Below are positions 59,521 to 64,000 of a stretch of 64,000 nt of DNA, one piece after another. The notes beneath the pieces were generated by a model. The model was not told the origin of the DNA and ran no database searches. It worked only from the letters and a program-made list of their open reading frames with translations. The position numbers and the translations under genes are program-made. The DNA is from a virus, in IMG/VR virus record IMGVR_UViG_3300032046_000008, positions 37,906 to 101,905 of that record, one strand, 5' to 3'. Each line of letters opens with the position of its first letter. Position 1 is the stretch's first letter.

Positions 59521-60306
59521 TCATAACGCAATTTCTTTTAAAGCGCCTGGTTGTGAACCGAGGTACTTAGCGACTACATTCCCACGTTCACTAGTACCAT
59601 CGATCCTAAACCTAGCATTGCGGGGCAGAAGGAACTCCATTTCGCTTCTGGCAGGCACAACTCTTCCAACATATACTCCCCTAGAACCCTTTGGAATATG
59701 AATCTCCAATACCTTCCCTGTCCCTGCCCTGCCCCCTGAAGGAGCAAAGCTTTCTGCCACAGAATGAGAAAATGATGTACTGACAAAACCTTTATCTGCG
59801 AAAACTGTGCCAGGCTTCATTTGAGCAGCAACAGGACCACCAACGCCTCGAAAGCCGATTACATCAATATCAGTGGGCTTCCCTTTTGCAATAGCTGAAT
59901 TAAGGTTACGAATATGATTCTTATTACCAACAGATATTTCATCAGGGGCTTTGCGTAAACCACCATTTATTCTTGCATAGCCAGACCAGGTATATACTTC
60001 TACTGCCCTCTCTTCCGCTGCATCGAGATCAATCTGGTCTTGATATGCCGCTCCCCACATACCATTCCCAGGTTGGATAGCACCTGCCGCCCCTCCTCCA
60101 CCTGGTGCAAATCTTCCACCTGCACCATGACGCGGATTGAATTTCTCTCCCTCGAACTCAATATCTTCAATGTTCCAAACAAAACGCACAAGTTTGGAAT
60201 TAAGTTTCTTAACGCCCTGCTCAATTTCTTCTAGGAGTATTTGTGCTATACCAGGCTCGAATTTCGCACCTAGATCTTCTAGATAGGGCTGCGCTGGATG
60301 AATCAT
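59521..60306 (-). CDS. Tagged VIP2-like ADP-ribosyltransferase between terS and terL
   Basis: YT..GY..INGGLR, FRG, GFVSTS, SEMEFLLPR; preceded by RFVWNIEDIEFEGEKFNPRHGAGGRF. Confidence 0.88.
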   Translation of the reverse strand: MIHPAQPYLEDLGAKFEPGIAQILLEEIEQGVKKLNSKLVRFVWNIEDIEFEGEKFNPRHGAGGRFAPGGGGAAGAIQPGNGMWGAAYQDQIDLDAAEERAVEVYTWSGYARINGGLRKAPDEISVGNKNHIRNLNSAIAKGKPTDIDVIGFRGVGGPVAAQMKPGTVFADKGFVSTSFSHSVAESFAPSGGRAGTGKVLEIHIPKGSRGVYVGRVVPARSEMEFLLPRNARFRIDGTSERGNVVAKYLGSQPGALKEIAL

Positions 60307-60329
60307 ATTAATTACCGCGTCCCCGTGCT

Positions 60330-60470
60330 AAAATCGGTTTCTGGAAAATTACTCGAACAAAAATCGATTCTGAGAATTTTACTCGAACATTTGGGGAGGG
60401 TCCATTGCCCCTCGATATCAAATCACGGTTTCGAGTTCTCCTCATATCACTTTCACGGTTTCGAGTTCAC
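60330..60470. repeat. Intergenic 30-nt-period repeats with A/T tracts (contains copy 2 of the 70-nt repeat)
   Basis: aaatcg.tt......aa.tt.actcgaaca twice 30 nt apart; tcacggtttcgagttc at 60423 and 60453. Confidence 0.75.
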
Positions 60471-60653
60471 AAGCCGACAGAACACAAACTTCTTTTCACC
60501 AGAAAGAGAATCTGCCTTGTTGTTGTATCCTATCGCAGGTCACGTGCGCGCTCTCGCGAGACTCCTTTTGCGATAGAGCGTGTGCGCTGTTCCATACCGA
60601 AAACCCAGGGTTAGTGCGCTTAGGCCCGTTTTTCATCTGTCCTTTCGGCGGAG

Positions 60654-61202
60654 TCACTCGCTTTGTCCCTCTATAGGAAGTTCTATCGCTGTGCTATCTA
60701 CTACTTCTCCCTGGGGCAGGAGTAGGGATTCTTTGAACTTCGCAAGTTGTTCGTCTGTGAGGTCTTGTATCTTCTGAGGAGGACTTCCTGGTCCTACCTG
60801 GATGTAGGTGAAGCCTGGTATCTGGGGAATTCCATTCTTGCCTCGTATGTGCTGCAACTCCTCTATCGCTGTCTGATTGTCGGAGATGACTCTGAGGAGT
60901 GCTGCCTTGCCTGCAGCATCTACTACTAGTGCCTTGCGCCGGTCACGGAATGCAGCTTCCTGAATAGATTCTCTAGCGATGACTGCCATCTCCACTAGGG
61001 CGGCAATCTTATCTACGCCCTGGGAGAGATAGAGTTGCTTCCCACGCTGTATATCTCGCCAGACTGTGATATAGGCAACCTTCTGCTCCTCTGCTATGGC
61101 GACAGGAGAGATGCCCTCCAGATAGGATTCCCACACACGCAGGACACGATCTACAATATGCGGCTGTTCATTCCAGGGGAGACGGCCGGTTCTAGGTGTC
61201 AT
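60654..61202 (-). CDS. Terminase small subunit (probable)
   Basis: N-terminal HTH (IAEEQKVAYITVWRDI), helical core, DLTDEQL tail; upstream of TerL. Confidence 0.65.
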   Translation of the reverse strand: MTPRTGRLPWNEQPHIVDRVLRVWESYLEGISPVAIAEEQKVAYITVWRDIQRGKQLYLSQGVDKIAALVEMAVIARESIQEAAFRDRRKALVVDAAGKAALLRVISDNQTAIEELQHIRGKNGIPQIPGFTYIQVGPGSPPQKIQDLTDEQLAKFKESLLLPQGEVVDSTAIELPIEGQSE

Positions 61203-61569
61203 CTCTCAGATCCTCGGGTATTGAGCTGGGTATAAAAGTATACTTTTGAAGCTGAGAATTTCTCATTCGGGAGAATCTTTCTTGAGGATAGTGATGAGAC
61301 TGGCTTGTAGAAGCCTTTCGTTGAAGATACAACAACAGTTCCCTTGATCCCTAATATCTCCAGTCGCTCCCAACCTGACTTCATCATAATCTAGTCTCTT
61401 CCCTAATCTTTCTTCTATTCATTTCCGGATTTGCTCCCGTACCCTCAAATTGTTTCTCTATTCATCTCGCATCAAGAAAGAGATTTCCTCTCTGGGCCTA
61501 TCGGCCTAATTGAATTTTACCCCCTCTGGAGTGAAAAGAAAAGGTTTCATTCTGCATCTACTATCCATT

Positions 61570-61794
61570 TTACGAGAAGTTCTTCCCCACGTAGGAAATA
61601 TCAGTCCTCTCACAGTTGCAGAGTATGTGCTCACGAAAGTCCTGAAGCGACATTTCATCCCCATAATCAGTCTGGATTCTAATATCGCCAGAGAGAGTCT
61701 CTAAGATTTCTGGCGGCAGTGCGAATATAAACTCAGTCTTGCCTTCGCCAATGCCTGCTCGCTTGCCAATATGCAGGCAATAATTTGTTCCCAT
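61570..61794 (-). CDS. Hypothetical phage protein
   Basis: MGTNY.LHIGK motif; AAGGAG SD. Confidence 0.55.
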   Translation of the reverse strand: MGTNYCLHIGKRAGIGEGKTEFIFALPPEILETLSGDIRIQTDYGDEMSLQDFREHILCNCERTDISYVGKNFS

Positions 61795-61940
61795 TTGGTC
61801 TGCTTCTCCTTATGGACATCGATCAGGCAAGTAATCTTTTATCCCATTGCCAGGATTCTCGTGATCCCGTTTACAGACTCGGCCACAAGTAGTGCAGCGA
61901 TCTGCCAGCGCCAGAGATTGGCCACCAGTCTGTCGTCTCT

Positions 61941-62132
61941 TCAAAATCCGCGATGAGCATCAGAATGCTGTGCTAAATGCTCTTCGCATATTGGTGTATG
62001 CTCCCACACTCCAACTGCTGATTTGCCACAGAGTTTGACTGGCATAACATGGCCTGCTTCATTGGGTCCCCAAAGTGTGATGCCACAAGTTAAATGTTCT
62101 TCCTCGCGAGCAGGAGGATCTATCGCAGTCAT
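61941..62132 (-). CDS. Small Cys/His protein
   Basis: CG...LCGK.A...CEEH. Confidence 0.45.
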   Translation of the reverse strand: MTAIDPPAREEEHLTCGITLWGPNEAGHVMPVKLCGKSAVGVWEHTPICEEHLAQHSDAHRGF

Positions 62133-62516
62133 CAGTCTATCTCTTCTGCTGCGCAGCAGTACGCTCTAGATTCTTGTCCTGGAGTTTCAAGGCAGTTACT
62201 CGCCATGTTGAACCACAGTTCTGGCATTCATAATCAAATCCCAATGATCCCCTTCCAATCCAGATCATATCACTTGCCCCACACCAAAGACAGCGGCTTA
62301 ATACTTCTGCCATGTTTCATTCCCCGCTGGCAGTAGGGTGGGCTAATCTGGTTTCTCGCCTTGCTCGCATTCCTCCTTGTGCGCTTCAAGACAAGCATCA
62401 GAGCAAGCGTAGGCACCGCAGATCGGGCAATTTAGATCTTTGCCACAATCAGCCGCGCACCATACACAGATTTCGGTCTCCTCATTCTCTACTATCATTC
62501 GTCTCTTTCTTGGTTC

Positions 62517-62792
62517 CTAATAATGTCTCTTAGGATTTATCTCATCGAGTACCGCCCAACTATCATCGTGACCAGTCCCTGGATGCCATTGAAAGCGACA
62601 ACCCCAGAGAGTATTGCACTTTGTGCACCGATAGACCTGATAACCTTGACGAGAGCCATGCGGTGCATTGTCAAAGTCTACCACGTTTAGTGGGTGTTCT
62701 ATTCTCTGCAAGTCAAGCGCAGGATCGCAGCATGGACGAGTTTGCTGTCCAGAACCACGACAATGAGGGCAAGATTCTGTAACTGTGTTCAT
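62517..62792 (-). CDS. Small zinc-binding hypothetical protein
   Basis: CPHCRGSG, YRCTKC. Confidence 0.55.
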   Translation of the reverse strand: MNTVTESCPHCRGSGQQTRPCCDPALDLQRIEHPLNVVDFDNAPHGSRQGYQVYRCTKCNTLWGCRFQWHPGTGHDDSWAVLDEINPKRHY

Positions 62793-63100
62793 CTACGTCT
62801 TGGATCTGGAACTCTGGTTGCGTCTGGCCGTGATCCATGTCTTTCTCGAATAATTTTTTCTCTCGATTCAGACAGCAGTGGTTCTATCTCTCCTTGCACA
62901 ACTTCTAACTGAGGCTCATCAAAGGTCTGGAGTTCGACAGGGACTCCATCCTTCAGATGTTGCGACTGTACAGCAATCCTCACACAACCATTTAACCAAA
63001 CTGTGCGCGCGACTGCAATTCCCTCCATGCTTGTGATGGTATCTCTGACTTTCTGCCCTAGTTTGATTTCCACCTTAGAATCTCCTTTCTCTGGTGGCAA
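62789..63100 (-). CDS. Phage hypothetical protein (SH3-like)
   Basis: LGQKVRD.IT..EGIAVAR..WLNGC...FDE. Confidence 0.6.
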   Translation of the reverse strand: MPPEKGDSKVEIKLGQKVRDTITSMEGIAVARTVWLNGCVRIAVQSQHLKDGVPVELQTFDEPQLEVVQGEIEPLLSESREKIIRERHGSRPDATRVPDPRRR

Positions 63101-63257
63101 TTATGATTTGAGATCTGCCTCTGTAATTATATATGTTTGCCGTCCGACAAGTTGGTCGCGCAGGCCAAGCATTTGGCGAACTGAGGCAACATCTATCTGC
63201 CCAGAATGTCCCTGTTGTTCGGCTAGCGCATCTAGATTATCCATTCATCTTCCTTCA

Positions 63258-63575
63258 TCAATCTATATCCAGAACTGATCCACATTCTGGGCAAGTTCTG
63301 ACTTCTCTCGCAACAGCAAGCCATTCTTCTTGTGTGCGCCAGTTCATATCTCTGATACGCCGAGAAACTCTCGCCAATTGTGCGATCAATGCCTCTCGCA
63401 CAGTCAGATTCCCATGTTCCTCTACGAAATCAGCATCATCTGTGAATGATTCATCAAGATTTCTATCTAGAAGTGCATCCTCCCAATTGAGCAGAGATCT
63501 TAGAGGGTTGTAACTTCTATCCCAGAAGTCGTCCTGTTGCCATTTGCAATTATGGCAATGCAGATATGCCATCAT
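63258..63575 (-). CDS. Zinc-binding hypothetical protein
   Basis: CHNC.WQQDDFW ... CPECG. Confidence 0.6.
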   Translation of the reverse strand: MMAYLHCHNCKWQQDDFWDRSYNPLRSLLNWEDALLDRNLDESFTDDADFVEEHGNLTVREALIAQLARVSRRIRDMNWRTQEEWLAVAREVRTCPECGSVLDID

Positions 63576-63979
63576 TCTACCTCAAGAACCTTATGACAAC
63601 TGTGCGCTAGACAGAGTGAAATATAGAAATTTCTGTGCGGGGCGATAACTTCCCAAGCAGAACTAACATCTAACCACAATGCCATAACTCTACTACAGTT
63701 TTTGCTACAGACCCTGAATCCCCAACCAATGCGAGGACGTGATTGGGGAGAATATTCTCTATGGAAAAGCCGTTCGAAAACGGTCCTAGATATACTGAAA
63801 GGATGACTTGGTTCCTTGAGTTCCACACGATAATGCGGATTGGGCAAGCCGCGCAGACAAATGCAACAAGTCGGGCCATGCGATGCTCCACCTTCGGGAT
63901 AATTGACTTCAGTGATCTTTACCTTAACTGTTCGACAACTCATTTTTGGCATCCTTTTCCTTTGAGTCTTTTGATCCAA
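63572..63979 (-). CDS. Hypothetical Cys-containing protein
   Basis: CCIC and CSKNC; coupled to downstream gene. Confidence 0.45.
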   Translation of the reverse strand: MDQKTQRKRMPKMSCRTVKVKITEVNYPEGGASHGPTCCICLRGLPNPHYRVELKEPSHPFSISRTVFERLFHREYSPQSRPRIGWGFRVCSKNCSRVMALWLDVSSAWEVIAPHRNFYISLCLAHSCHKVLEVE

Positions 63980-64000
63980 ATTTCTGCTCCATCCACCTAA

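Larger units (their letters stand above)
46128..60144 (-). repeat. Dispersed 36-nt coding repeat (KFNPxHxxxGRF), 7 copies: 46128-46163, 47328-47363, 48042-48077, 49374-49409, 51493-51528, 54857-54892, 60109-60144
   Basis: Read directly from translations and DNA; core AAATTCAATCC in 6 of 7 copies. Confidence 0.95.

Noticed and set aside
60330-60470. Mini CRISPR array
   Set aside because: Only two copies per unit, 30-nt period leaves no proper spacers, no cas genes
1-64000. Stop-codon reassignment, tRNA/rRNA genes, integrase or att sites
   Set aside because: Genes are full length and tightly packed in the standard code using all three stops; no such elements recognised by eye

Overview
The window is almost entirely the late (virion morphogenesis) arm of a tailed dsDNA phage (siphovirus-like: tape measure, no sheath). 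Genes are tightly packed on the minus strand in standard genetic code. Right to left: small accessory genes; terminase small and large subunits; portal; a free-standing endonuclease; MuF; an effector/repair-rich head region; prohead protease/scaffold; major capsid protein; a ~12 kb glycosylation island; neck and tail genes; tape measure; BNR-repeat tail tip; collagen-like fibre with an adjacent GT2-TPR glycosyltransferase; holin and lysin candidates; CsrA; HNH. No integrase, replication genes, tRNA, rRNA or CRISPR were seen. The host may be Chloroflexota/Dehalococcoidia (weak inference). The standout feature is a modular effector-cassette system at 45-60 kb. Seven enzyme modules (5 ADP-ribosyltransferase-like, 2 HExxH metallopeptidase) each begin with the same peptide, K-FNP[H/Y/R]H[G/D]xxGRF, and appear inserted into or appended to head-region genes; one lies in frame inside a DNA ligase catalytic domain. 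A second peptide, R[F/Y]xWxxxD[I/V], accompanies exactly the four VIP2-type ExE ARTs (three tagged ones plus MuF-ART): three times in cis before the tag, once as an unannotated 25-aa micro-ORF. It is a candidate inhibitor released by prohead-protease cleavage. All family assignments are from motif recognition by eye, without database searches.
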